The notes: generated by a model not told the origin, from the letters alone. Positions 26,356 to 40,019 are shown, counted from the whole stretch's first letter. The stretch is DNA of 63,916 nt, filler included, from Octopus bimaculoides (GCF_001194135.2; 6 parts of 6 records of this genome joined end to end with filler, not necessarily neighbours in it); one strand, 5' to 3'. Numbers and translations: made by a program.

Positions 26356-26461
26356 CTCAGGCAGAATCTGAAAGGTCAGTCGACAATGACACGAAATGAT
26401 ATAAGAATACATTCTGCTAAAACTTTTCAAAAAGATGAAATCTGATTGTACTCTGATGACC
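26356..26461 (-). CDS. Candidate exon of the minus-strand gene
   Basis: TTCTCTGTAG acceptor and GAG|GTAATG donor; only the phase 2-0 frame open; VIRVQSDFIFLKSFSRMYSYIISCHCRLTFQILPE. Confidence 0.35.
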
Positions 26462-27179
26462 CTACAGAGAATACATCTGTGATTAAAAATAATTAAATTA
26501 TGGTATTATTGTATTCCCGCATTAGATTCCAGCACAGTATCAGTATAACATTGTTATACATCACTAATTTTAATATTTGGAGACTAATTAAAACCGAATC
26601 TTTCCATTCAGACACAAAAGGTCAATGAAATAGTAATTGAACTAGCTGACATTTTCTTTTGATTTGCTTCTAATATTTTCATCTATTTAATACATTATAG
26701 AAGTAGCTATATCTTTTAACAACTTCTTTGATTTTCATTTTATAAGCTTTATCAGATTTCTGTTTTATACAATCTCAGATTAACTTTACATAGCATCCCT
26801 TCACATACAGGCAGTATCAGTATATAGCCTCCAGGCATTGTAGACTATGTCACCAAATCTTTGGTAGAAGAATTAAAGACAAAAAAAGTACAAAAATATA
26901 TGAGGAAATAAAAGACACAGCAAAAAAAGAATGAGATACAGGAACTAAGAAATGAACAAAAAAAAGCACATTAAAGATAAAGAAAAAAACACAGAGGGGA
27001 ATGAAATAATGAAAAGAAAATATATAAAATATAAGACTAAGATTTATGAATGGACAACTGGATCAATATATTAATCCATTGATACATAAACAGATATAGA
27101 GATAGAGAGATAGATAATTGTAGGAATTCGATATATATATATATATATATATATAACCACTGACATCAAGGAAGTAAAG

Positions 27180-27640
27180 GAGTGTGTCTCCTAAGAACAC
27201 ATAGTGAATGTGAACTGAGACATGGATGCTGAACTCTCAAAGAGAATAAGGCTAGGATGGAAGGTATGTGCCTCAATAAAAGATGTGCATAAAGCAAAGT
27301 TGAACAATAGCATATGCACCAAAATCTTCAATAGCACCATCTTACCTGCACTCTTATATGCAAATGAGTCATACTCTACCATGAAGAGAGAAGAACATGA
27401 ACTGGCTACAACAGGTTAGACAAAAGGTTATGGAGACATCTATGCTAGGAATATCATTGTAAGAGCATATCCAAAATGAAATAACTCAAGAATAGAGCGG
27501 AGTGAGTGATGTGATCATAGAATACTGAAGACTTAAGTTTTGGAGGGTTAAACATGGCACAAAGTTTGCAGACAACAGGTGGACCCTCACAGTTGCTGAG
27601 TGGTATCCAAGAGATTGGAAAAGATACTCAGAAGGCCAGG
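27180..27640 (+). mobile_element. RTE-clade LINE remnant (post-RT region)
   Basis: ELSKRIRLGWK...KIFNSTILPALLYANESY resembles the RTE motif EI.RRI..GW...F...VLPALLYG.ETW. Confidence 0.75.
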
Positions 27641-27969
27641 CTTGGATTATGACCCATAGAGGCCCTAAGCACTTAAAAAGATTTTTGTGCCAATATATAT
27701 ATATACATATATATATATATGTAACTCAAAATATAAACAATAGTAAACCATAAAATAAATTTATATTTTTCAAAATGAAACAGAACTTACGGTAAGATGG
27801 AAAATAATGCTAATTTTTGTATATTTATATTTGTAAAGTTTGTTCCTATCTTTTTTTTTTTAATTGCTAGGTCTTTCATCAGACCCTCCCCACTACACTA
27901 TGAACACTGAAATTATATTTCTGATCACATAAACCACTTTGAATATTATTTTACCAAGAGTGTAAGTAT

Positions 27970-28668
27970 CTTGAGAGAAAAGCTGAACATTAGAAGCATC
28001 AGTTGTGGCGTGCAAGAGAGACGATTGCGCTGGTATGGACATGTGGTGAGAATGGAGGAGGATAGCTGCGTGAAAAAGTGCCACACCCTAACAGTTGAGG
28101 GAACCCGTGGAAGAGGTAGGCCCAGGAAGACCTGGGCTGAGGTGGTGAGGCAAGACCTTCGTACATTGGGCCTCACCGAGGCGATGACTACGGACCGAGA
28201 CCTTTGGAAATGGGCTGTGCGTGAGAAGACCCGGCAAGCCAAGTAAGATAGTTGCCAGTGCCCCTGGACTGGTTCTTGTGCGGGTAGCACATGAGATGCA
28301 CCNNNNNNNNNNNNNNNNNNNNNNNNNNNNNNNNNNNNNNNNNNNNNNNNNNNNNNNNNNNNNNNNNNNNNNNNNNNNNNNNNNNNNNNNNNNNNNNNNN
28401 NNNNNNNNNNNNNNNNNNNNNNNNNCGGGTGGCACATAAAAGACACCATTTCGAGCGTGGCCGTTTTCGTGCGGGTGACACGTAAAAGCACCCACTACAC
28501 TCTCTGAGTGGTTGGCGTTAGGAAGGGCATCCAGCTGTAGAAACTCTGCCAAATCAGACTGGAGCCTGGTGTTGCCATCCGGTTTCACCAGTCCTCAGTC
28601 AAATCGTCCAACCCATGCTAGCATGGAAAGCGGACGTTAAACGATGATGATGATGATGATGATGATGA
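27970..28668 (+). mobile_element. RTE LINE 3' end: ORF C-terminus, 3' UTR and (GAT)n tail
   Basis: VQERRLRWYGHVVRMEEDSCVKK...EGTRGRGRPRKTWAEVVRQDL...DRDLWK is the canonical RTE C-terminus. Confidence 0.92.
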
Positions 28669-29711
28669 TTAAAGTGATTGCTTTTGTGCCGTAAGCCATT
28701 TACCATTTCGGTGGTGCCCCTGCAACTTTCCTTGATGCCCCTGCAACTTTACTTGATGCCCAAAGCACATGCTTATTTTGCTTAATTCAGCACTGCAGAA
28801 GGCTTTTACAATGATGGCCCAAAGCATTTAACTAAATCATCTTTCCAAAATAGGAATGAAGGGCACAATCATGAAAGAACTGGAAGTGCAATAGGAAGGG
28901 CATCTAACCATGAAAATCTGTCTCAACGAATTCCACTTAACCTATGCAAGCATATAGTAGACATTAAAATGATGACGATGATGACAACAATAATGATAAC
29001 AATGATAGTGGCAATGATCAGTGACCGAACTGGAGCACAGTCTTAAAAATGGTGCTTATATTATTAACCTAGGATAATGGTATAAAAAGCAAAGTTTGAT
29101 GTCGACAGGATAGGAACTAAGAATGCATAGCAGTGTAAGGAAATATCACACAGTATTTTTTCCAATGCTCTACCAATCCTAAAATCCACTTAAGAAATAA
29201 AAATGGTTCAATAAATTGGTATCGAAATTATAAAAAATTACTAAATTACAACTAAATGCAAAAGAAAGAAAAAATGAAATTAACAATCACAGATCGCCAA
29301 CCTTAAAATGACCATCACAGTATAATCCCAATGGCAATTTGATAAAGATTTAAAAAGTTACACAACATTCTACTAGTTAACAATTATCTACTAGCTTAAA
29401 ACAAAGAGTAATATTTTCAATACTGTAAATAAATTAAATCTTTTACTATAGAAACCAGCTACATTCACTCAAAATTCCATTACTCTTAACTGCAGAAAGT
29501 AGTTTGATATAACAATCTATCTTTTGCTGCGTAATGTCTTATTTGAAAGTATTTTTCATTGAGATATGTCAAATTCACTAAAGCAAATACCAATTATATT
29601 ATTTAATAGTTATTTAGCATTGTTACAAGAATAACCTTGAAATTTAATTTCAGATTTAATGGGTTAAGCAAGTAATCTTATGTACTAGGCAGATATTTAT
29701 GAGATTTGTTA

Positions 29712-30020
29712 ACTGGCACTCAGTTCATTACATCAATGACAGTGCCACTTGATCTGATCAATGGAACAGCTTGCTTGTGAAATTAATGTGCAAGTAGTTG
29801 AGTACTCCACAGATATATATATTCTTAATGTAGTTCTCAGGGAGATTTGGTGTGACAAGGCTGGCCCTTTGAAATAAAGGTACTACTCATTTTTGCCAGC
29901 TGTGTCAACTGGAGCAATGTGGAATAAAATGTCTTGCTCAAGGACACAACACACTACCAAGAATTGAATTCCTGACCTTATAATCATGGGCCAAATACTC
30001 TAACTACTTAGCCACGTGCC
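29712..30020 (-). mobile_element. SINE family C, diverged
   Basis: Shares TTGATC.GATCAA.GGAACAGC..GCT.G.GAAATTAA.GTGC with 16625-17086 as a single unit. Confidence 0.7.
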
Positions 30021-30147
30021 ATCATGAGGTTTATTAAACTCAGTGTTTACACTATTAACACTTAACAACTAATAACACCAAATATCAAAGATGCACTTAC
30101 AGGATAAACAATATCTACAGAAATAAATTTCAAAATGAAATTATAGA

Positions 30148-30305
30148 TAGGCACAGGCATGACTATGCGGGAAGAAGTTGGCTTCCCAACCACATGGTTC
30201 CAGGTTCAGTCCCACTGTGTGACACGTTGGACAAGTCCTTTCAACTATAGCCTTGAGCTGAACAAAGCCTTCTGAGTGAATCAGATAGACAGAAACTGAA
30301 AGATC
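30148..30305 (+). mobile_element. SINE family A, 5' part
   Basis: GGTTCAGTCCCACTG B box and family body. Confidence 0.7.
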
Positions 30306-30505
30306 ATTGTCAAAGATTCTATTTTTTAATATATTCTATCATTATCAAAGACTGTATAACTGTATGTTAATACAATTGTGATCACCATTTTTTAACACAA
30401 CAAAGCTTATACAAAGCTTTACATTTTACTTTTCATAAAAAAAAAAAAGTGAAACCGGTCAAGTCAATAAACATCTCTAAAAGACCTCTGCATTTTCAAC
30501 CCTCT

Positions 30506-30912
30506 CTCCTATATANNNNNNNNNNATTTTTATATATATACACATATATATGTATATATACATATATATACATATACATATATATACATATATATATATA
30601 CATATATATATATACATATATATATATATACATTTATATACATATATATATACATGTATATATATACATATATATATACACACACATATATATATGCACA
30701 TATACATATATACACACATTCATATATATACATATATATATATACATTTATATATATATACATGTATATATATATACATGTATATATATATAAACATATA
30801 AACATATAAACATATATATATACATATATGTATATATATATATATATGTATACTTATACACATATATGCACATATATATATATATATACATACACACATA
30901 CACACACACACA
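30506..30912. repeat. Degenerate (TA)/(CA) microsatellite array
   Basis: Direct inspection; it generates the spurious YI-rich ORFs. Confidence 0.9.
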
Positions 30913-31226
30913 TCAAAATTGTATGTGTTTGACAAGTTACTTGCATATAATAAATGTATGTTCTACAAATTAGACTAGCCATTTTAGCTAATGCCTAGAC
31001 TTTCATTGATTCAAAATGCAAGTATGCTGTCTTTGTAAACAGAGAAATAGCAGGTATTTGTCTTATGAAAAGTTGTCACTAAACCATGAAGCATGCCAAT
31101 GTGATCTCCTGCATTTTTCAGTTTTGGAGGTGTATGATAACAAGCATTTATGTCTATTTACAGTCCCACACTGAAAAGAATAAAAATTGCAGTTTAGCTA
31201 CTTCACACTTAACTTAGGTTTAATAT

Positions 31227-31274
<48 letters not shown>

Positions 31275-32488
31275 GTACACACTTAGAGATAAGTGTTTAT
31301 ATGTATACTCACAAATATTTATATGCATGCTAGCATATGAAAGTTCATTGATTTATGCTACTGAAATTATAAATCTACATACAATAGCAATATAGATAAG
31401 TATGTATATACATATATATGTATGTATGTATAGTGAGAGAAAACATAGATATTTATTCACACATACACATATATACTAACCTAGCACTTGAAAAAATAAT
31501 CAATAAAATGAAAGAAAAATCTTTGAAAAATTTAAAAAGATAAAATCATTGAAATAAATGTTTAGAAATGCTGCTGAAATATAGAATTCAAGATATGGTG
31601 ATATTTTGGCTAATGTCAGCCAGGACACTCAAGGAGCAAACAAAATTCTTTGTAGAAAAAATAGACGATTTTTGTTTCACTATATTTTTTTTGAGAAAAA
31701 TTAAAGTATATTTTCTATTTCTTTTTCCATATTGTTTTATTTTATTATCATTACTATATTTCATTTCCCTTTTTTCTTTTCCTCCATTTATCTTTTTTTT
31801 TTTTCGTATTTTTATTTTTTGGTTGACGCATTTTCTTTTGTCTTTGATAGTGAACACCTGGATTGTAAAGCTGAAAATTTCTTTGAAATGCTTATGGGTA
31901 TACAAGAAAACTTTGCATTCATCAACTGAATTGATTCCTTAAATTTTACCTATAGATTCCCTCTTGCTTAAGAACAAACAATAGAACAAACAAAAAAAAA
32001 TATTCTAAAAACTGAAACCACTGTAAACAAAAATAAAACACCAACAAGAGGGTCACAGAAAAAATGGCACCAACTAAACCAAGAAAAACAGCTAATATAT
32101 AAAAGTGTTTCAAATTAAAAACACTAATACTTATATACACATACTTAATGGCTCATATCATTCATCTCACTCATACACATATACAAGCACACATATATAT
32201 ATATGTATATGTTCATGTGTATGTTATAATACAAGCATAAACACATACAACAGATACATATATTTATAAATACTATAATTTAACGTCAAATTTACTTATT
32301 TTTATGCAATTTTTTTTAAACACATGCAATTCAAAATACTCAAATTCAATAGATTCTTGTGTATATGCGAATGCATATTCGTGTGTGTATGTGTGTGTGT
32401 GTGCATGTGTGTGTGTGCGTGTGGATATAAATCTTTTTCAGTCTCCTCTATCTCTCATCTCTTTCCATACATGTACATGTAAGTTGTT

Positions 32489-32489
<1 letters not shown>

Positions 32490-32534
<45 letters not shown>

Positions 32535-32566
32535 TGTATGTATATCTATCTATCTATCTATCTATC

Positions 32567-32597
<31 letters not shown>

Positions 32598-32684
32598 ATA
32601 TATACATATATACATACATACACATATATATATGTAAGTATATATTCATATATAGATACATATATATACATATACACATGTACA

Positions 32685-32725
<41 letters not shown>

Positions 32726-32955
32726 GTATATATATATATAAATTGATAGACACACACACATATGCACACACATTCGCATATACGGATATGCATATATATA
32801 TTTGTAGACATTGATCAACTCATTTGATTCCTTAAATTTCCTCTACTTAAAAACAAACAATAAATGAAAAATAAATAAGCATCAGCAAGAGGGTCACATG
32901 AATATGCACATAGATGTATATACACAACACATACATTGCATATACATATATTCAT

Positions 32956-33045
<90 letters not shown>

Positions 33046-33330
33046 CACATGTACACAAATACACATATATATAAGTGCACACAATATGCTCACATGTGTT
33101 TAGAAATCAATAAAACTACACCCACAAACACACTCAGAAGATAAACAAATTATGTGTTAACATTAGGAAATATTACATGCATGCACACACATATACTCTC
33201 TCTCTCTTTCTCTCTCTCTCACACACACACACACACACTCACTCTCTGTCTCACACACATACACATTCTCTCTCTCACACTCTATATTTCTCTCTCTCAC
33301 ACTCTATATTTCTCTCTCTCTCTCTCTTAC
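32490..33330. repeat. Compound (TG)/(TA)/(CA)/(CT) microsatellite field
   Basis: Direct inspection. Confidence 0.9.
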
Positions 33331-33661
33331 TAAACACTCTCATAATATACATGCACGAAATGGTACAATAAGCAAAATTTATTTATATACATCTACATAG
33401 CTTTTTTTAATTTCTTATGTACCTCTGTCTCCATCTCTTCTGTATCTATTATAATCAGTGTGTTCATTTTGTTGTGCTTGTGAATATGTTCATGAATTTC
33501 TTTTGTGTGTGTGTNNNNNNNNNNNNNNNNNNNNNNNNNNNNNNNNNNNNNNNNNNNNNNNNNNNNNNNNNNNNNNNNNNNNNNNNNNNNNNNNNNNNNN
33601 NNNNNNNNNNNNNNNNNNNNNNNNNNNNNNNNNNNNNNNNNNNNNNNNNNNNNNNNNNNNN

Positions 33662-33699
<38 letters not shown>

Positions 33700-34799
33700 A
33701 TATGTGTGTGTGTGTGTTGAAAATATACTTTCTTTACTCATTTTGTATTTTTAAATGCTTTTCTTTGGTCTGTATCAACTAAAATATTTGGAAGAGGTGA
33801 TAAAATATAGGGAAAGTTAAAATAATATATTATAAATTATTGAAAGCCATAGCATTCTTTAAAATAGTTTAAAATTTTCCCCTTATGTAGCATAATTTCA
33901 AACAAAACAACAGAAACTTTTGAGTATACAATTATAATAGTTACAGTTTATCACAGAATACTTTTTATTTTGAGGAGTTTTTTTTTTAAAGTAAAAGAGT
34001 AAAATGTATATATTACGATGTTTGGTAGCATTGCAGTAGCATATTTCATATGCAAAAATATCAAAAACGAATAAATAAATAAAATAAATAATATAAATAA
34101 TTAAATACACACAATTATGAAATTAGAGTGTTATATTTTTAGGCACTTTTGCTACAAGAAGTTAAGGAATTATGTTTTATTTAAGGGCACATGCTAGTGC
34201 AAGTGAATTTATGTTCCTAAATCAATTATTTTTCCATAACTATGGTGACGCAGGATAAATATTTATTTATCCAACTTTCAAAATGATAAATAGTGTTAAT
34301 TACATGACATTTTCTAATCAGTAGCATTCATTGAGTGATCAGTTATACTGGTTCTAACAATGACACTCAATAAGATGAATAATTTTGGTATTCTTCGCAG
34401 CTCTTTAAATTCTTCAAAAATAACATCAAAATCTTCACTTTAAAAAATACAATAATAATAAACTGAATGCTCGTAATTTTATTTATTTGTTAATAATTAT
34501 ATTGAATTAATTAAATATTTTCAAATACATTTTACTATGATTTGAATTTCAAATAATTTTAGATATTAATTCTAAATATGTTATGTTACATGATTATTTT
34601 TTTTATTTTAATGCTTTAATAATAAATTATATTGTATTAGTTAAACAACAAGGTTACACTCTCCATAACTATTATAGATCTGTCATTAAAACCTAATGCA
34701 AAGCAGAATGAATGGTTTAAAAAGTTTACACTAACTGAATGGACATGGCTAGTTCATTTTCAACTTTCTTCCGTCTACAGAATTAAATCAGGCATGAGA

Positions 34800-35045
34800 T
34801 GTGTTTAGGCACTCCCTCAATTTACAAAAAGTTTCATTATATGTATATATTGATTTCAAATCTTGACTCAAGGCCAGCAATTTCAGAAAAGAGTAAGTCA
34901 ATTACATCGACCCCAGTGTTCTCAACTTTGAAAGGACGAGAGGCAAAGTTGACCATGGCAGAATTTAAACTGAGATTATAAAGACAGACAAAATGCTGCT
35001 GAGCATTTAGCTCAGTGTGCTAATGATTCTGCTAGCTCACCACCT
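34800..35045 (-). mobile_element. SINE family B
   Basis: Reverse complement of the family B head and core. Confidence 0.65.
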
Positions 35046-35194
35046 TCATTATNNNNNNNNNNNNNNNNNNNNNNNNNNNNNNNNNNNNNNNNNNNNNNNN
35101 NNNNNNNNNNNNNNNNNNNNNNNNNNNNNNNNNNNNNNNNNNNNNNNNNNNNNNNNNNNNNNNNNNNNNNNNNNNNNNNNNNNNNNNNNNNTAT

Positions 35195-36108
35195 ATAGGG
35201 TCATTCCATAAAGAATGCAGTTTTTTAATTGCATGAACTAAAAGTCGGAGAGGGATGGGATAAACTACCTGCATCAACTTGCTATAAAAGCCGGAAGTAA
35301 TTTTACCTTGACCTTATTCTTAGTGCAAGTTTTGAAGAGTACAGTTCGATTTTAACAGTTATTTTTCAAAGTTATAATGGAAATGACAAAGTAGCATATT
35401 CGGTATATTTTGCTTTATGAGTTCAATAGGGGCAACAAGGCAATAGGAAGTTTGAGGAATATTAATGCAGTATATGGGGATTGGACAATAAGCATAAGCC
35501 AATGTCAAGAGTGGTTCCAGAAATTCCAAGCCCAAAACTACAGCTGAGATGAGCCTTGTCCTGGAAGATCTGTAGAGCTTGACGAGGACATCCTTCAAAC
35601 CCTGGTGGAACAAAATCCCATCGTAACTGTTGAGTAGAGAAACTTGGATTTAGTCATTCAATCATTCATTGACATCTGCACTAGAAGAAAAACGACTATT
35701 TTTGGTTTCAAGACGAAAGGTGTTCTTCCATCAGGATAATGTTAGGCCACATACAATGGGGATGACATTCTAAAGGCTGGAGAAGTTTGAATGGGAAACG
35801 ATGCCCCACCCACCATATTCACTGGACATTGCCCATATGATTATTATTTATTCCACAATCTTCAAAATCATTTGGATGGAAAAAATATGAATTCTGTAGA
35901 CGAGGACAGAACAGTATTGGAGGAGTATTTTTTGTCATGGACAAGTGAATTTTGGAAGAGGGGCCTTGAAATTCTAAAAGATAGATGGAAGAGCATTGAA
36001 GAAAATGAAGGAGAGTATAGTTTAGATTACAAAAGAAGTTTGTTTATCTTAATTTTGAAAAATAAAAGAAGTGAAAAAGACACACATTACTTACAAGATG
36101 ACCCAATA
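35195..36108 (+). mobile_element. Mariner element, internally deleted and decayed
   Basis: Imperfect TIRs (TAGGGTCATTCCATAA versus reverse complement TTGGGTCATCTTGTAA) with TA flanks. Motifs ECQEWFQKF, HQDNVRPH and MPHPPYSLDIA ~ HPPYSPDLAPSDY. Confidence 0.85.
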
Positions 36109-37439
36109 TATTAAAACAATGTATTAAAATTATTTTAAAACAGAAGCAGAAACGCACATCACACTTTCCTGCAAAGAAATATACATGTGCTATTTAAAAA
36201 AAATGCAAGGTTCCAGCATTAAATTTTCCATCTCTCCTCAAAAATTCACATCACACTAGTTGATCATAATATGTACACAAGTGTACCACAACATAGTGCT
36301 TAAAAATGTTTGGACTAGATAAATGATATCCTGTTTGGTCTTAATAGCTTGGAGTTTAAATATTATATCCAGCTATGGTTGACTTCAGGGCTAATTACTG
36401 AATCAATATTTCACACAATAATTTTACTGCACAAATGACAGCAGATATGTGATTACCATATCCTATTAACCTTTAATACTTGAGTCTCAGATCAGATTTT
36501 TAAATCAGGATATTTTCATAGCTTTCAACTCATTTATCAAACTAAAATGCTGCAGGAAACAATTCCACTAAAATATTTGAATTAAACTGCTTTCCCATCT
36601 AGATTTACTAAAGTTAATAGAATTGTATAACCGAATTATTCTAAAACCTATTTATTACTTAAATCAATAATCCTATAAAGATTAATCCATAACTGAACAT
36701 TTAACACATCTATGTATTTAAACTATATGCAAAGAACATATAAAACAATCAAACCCAGCCTACATGGTTTTAGTTGATACCCTGATGCATTACATTCAAT
36801 GTGACCCAGATTGGATTGTGAAATAAGTAACTTTGTATGGTTTCAAACAGAAGACATTGATTCAATTATTGTTACAAACTTCTGAATCTCCTCATGTTTT
36901 GCTTTTTTGTGTTTGCACTCATCATATAGTTTTAACCCTTTCGCTTTTAAATGTCAAACCACTGAGAATGCCTTTATAAGGTAGCTATAACTGCTAGAAA
37001 CAACAGTCAAATCTGCTCAAATGACACAAAACTTTATAAAAAGGAAAGCACATTGGATAATGTAATACTTGAATTTGTCTATTTCTGTTTCTTGCAGTTC
37101 TACATCAGTCCAATTTTAGACATTGCTGTAGCACCTTTACCTATGTGATGAGTTTGCTATCTCCTCCCTCAATTGTTCCCTCATTTTCTCATAAAGGGAC
37201 TCTGTGAGTGGTCTCCTATGACCCTTTTCAGGGCACAATATAGCCAATTCTGAGTTACTTTACAGAAGAACCCCAAATATTTGTATGAATGCAAAAACTG
37301 ACCTGAACACTGATTTGTGCTTCTAGCTCATCTACTGATGAGTTATAACTGACATGAGCAGATCTATGACCAAATATACTTCAGAAATGACCATCTTGTC
37401 TTATTTCAGGCATATTTCATCTAAGCAACAATATCTTAC

Positions 37440-37652
37440 TCTCTCTCTACTCTTTTACTTGTTTCAGTCATTTGACTGCGGCCATGCTGGAGCACCGCCT
37501 TTAGTCGAGCAAATTGACTCCAGAGCTTATTCTTTGGAAGCCTAGTACTTATTCTATTGGTCTCTTTTGCCGAACCACTAGGTTATGGGGACGTAAACAC
37601 ACCAGCATCAGTTGTCAAGCGATGTTGGGGGGACAAACACAGACACACAAAC

Positions 37653-37695
<43 letters not shown>

Positions 37696-38570
37696 NNNNN
37701 NNNNNNNNNNNNNNNNNNNNNNNNNNNNNNNNNNNNNNNNNNNNNNNNNNNNNNNNNNNNNNNNNNNNNNNNNNNNNNNNNNNNNNNNNNNNNNNNNNNN
37801 NNNNNNNNNNNNNNNNNNNNNNNNNNNNNNNNNNNNNNNNNNNNNNNNNNNNNNNNNNNNNNNNNNNNNNNNNNNNNNNNNNNNNNNNNNNNNNNNNNNN
37901 NNNNNNNNNNNNNNNNNNNNNNNNNNNNNNNNNNNNNNNNNNNNNNNNNNNNNNNNNNNNNNNNNNNNNNNNNNNNNNNNNNNNNNNNNNNNNNNNNNNN
38001 NNNNNNNNNNNNNNNNNNNNNNNNNNNNNNNNNNNNNNNNNNNNNNNNNNNNNNNNNNNNNNNNNNNNNNNNNNNNNNNNNNNNNNNNNNNNNNNNNNNN
38101 NNNNNNNNNNNNNNNNNNNNNNNNNNNNNNNNNNNNNNNNNNNNNNNNNNNNNNNNNNNNNNNNNNNNNNNNNNNNNNNNNNNNNNNNNNNNNNNNNNNN
38201 NNNNNNNNNNNNNNNNNNNNNNNNNNNNNNNNNNNNNNNNNNNNNNNNNNNNNNNNNNNNNNNNNNNNNNNNNNNNNNNNNNNNNNNNNNNNNNNNNNNN
38301 NNNNNNNNNNNNNNNNNNNNNNNNNNNNNNNNNNNNNNNNNNNNNNNNNNNNNNNNNNNNNNNNNNNNNNNNNNNNNNNNNNNNATATATATATATATAT
38401 ATATATATACGACAGGCTTCTTTCAGTTTCCGTCTACCAAATCCACTCACAAGGCTTTGGTCGGCCCGAGGCTATAGTAGAAGACACTTGCTCAAGGTGC
38501 CACGCAGTGGGAATGAACCCAGAACCATGTGGTTGGTAAGCAAGCTACTTACCACATAGCCACTCCTATG
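37440..38570 (-). mobile_element. SINE family A with a gap in the internal microsatellite
   Basis: Both halves match family A. Confidence 0.85.
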
Positions 38571-39164
38571 CCTTATGCATCATTTCTACTTTAAGACAGT
38601 AGGGTGCAATTCCTAGCAGGTTGAATTAGCATAAAGAGGTTTCTTCTGTAGTTCTTTATAATCTGATACAAGTTTATATCTAGGAGGAGAAAACAATTCT
38701 AAGATTTTAGTCAAGGGCTTCTTTGAATAAAAATGAAAATATATGTATTTCAAATAAGCATCATTTATAACTTTCTTAGAAACCCCTTATTTTTACACAA
38801 ATGAAAGCTACCACTAATACCTCATAACTAAAACCCCATAACAAGTAATGGGCTTTTAGTGGTAGCCTTCATCTGTGGAAAAGTGAGGGGTTTCTTAGAA
38901 CCCTATTTCACTTATTTAATTTTCTCACAAGTGTCATCTATAATAACTATGAGCCTGCTAAACAAACCTTTGTGAGTGAATTTGATAGACTGAAACTGAA
39001 AGAAGACCATCATATGCATATGTATACATGTATGTATGTATGCCATTGTTCAGCTTTATTTCAACAACATCAACATGGTATTTTTGTACGTATGTATACG
39101 CGCAGATCTGTATGTTTTGTTCTATGTAAGTTTTCTCATACATAGAGTACTGTCTAGACGTGCT

Positions 39165-39400
39165 CATAGGTATTTAAATGATAAACTTCTGGAAAGTCTT
39201 ACAGATTTTTACAGTTCCAGTGATGGCTTGGATCTGTAGTCCTCGAATCAGCTTTTTGCTTTCTGGTTTTGAGAAGCCTAATTTTTCAAGATTGGTATTT
39301 AGGCAGTACATTACATATCCCAGTGCCCCAATAGTTACAGGTATAAACCTGAACTTGTAATCTGGATACAGTAGCTGTAAATTCCTCAACAGTTCAGCAT
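39165..39400 (-). mobile_element. RLE-type LINE 3' end (second family)
   Basis: LQLLYPDYKFRFIPVTIGALG...LQIQAITGTVKICKTF. Confidence 0.7.
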
Positions 39401-39409
39401 AGGTATGTT

Positions 39410-39665
39410 TGTATGTATGTATGTATGTATGTATGTGAATGAGTGTTTGTGTCTCCTTGTCTTGACATCATGTGATTGTTGTAAAGGAACCTCATTTATT
39501 TGCAATATTCTGTGCAAACATGTCTAGCCTTGGGGAAATATTACTTTGCTTGGAAACAGGTAAGGGTCTGTGACAGGAAGAACATCTGGCTTTAGAAATC
39601 TGCTTCAATAACTCAGTCCAACTCATGCACACAGGAAATATTGAACATTACAATGATGATGACAA
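39410..39665 (+). mobile_element. SINE-like repeat with RTE-like 3' tail
   Basis: GGAAGAACATCTGGCTTTAGAAATCTGC...CATGC...(GAT)n; related to 40620-40870 on the minus strand. Confidence 0.55.
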
Positions 39666-39784
39666 TTACTCAATTGTGTGTGTGCATATGTATGTGTATA
39701 CATTATATGTATATATATANNNNNNNNNNNNNNNNNNNNNNNNNNNNNNNNNNNNNNNNNNNNNNNNNNNNNNNNNNNAAAGAA

Positions 39785-39831
39785 GGCCACTAGGTGGACT
39801 GCTAATGTGGACTGCAGTCCACCTAGTGGCC
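39785..39831. repeat. Perfect 18-bp inverted repeat with an 11-nt spacer
   Basis: GGCCACTAGGTGGACTGC - TAATGTGGACT - GCAGTCCACCTAGTGGCC. Confidence 0.95.
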
Positions 39832-39980
39832 TCCTTTACATATATTTTTATATTTACATATACAATAATTCTTTGAGATCTCAGATATTTTTTCTGAATC
39901 TCACTGATTCTTTTAATGTGCTTGTTCCCTGGTATTAAATTGATATTAATTAATATCCAATTTTTTACCCTATTGTTTGA

Positions 39981-40019
<39 letters not shown>

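Noticed and set aside
30449-30935. Tyr/Ile/His-rich ORFs (also poly-I, poly-C and poly-Y ORFs at 43933, 51346 and 54274)
   Set aside because: They are translations of microsatellites.
37141-37250. Minus-strand exon candidate LAILCPEKGHRRPLTESLYEKMREQLREEIANSSH
   Set aside because: The acceptor is weak and it cannot be linked to the other exons. It may be decayed repeat sequence.
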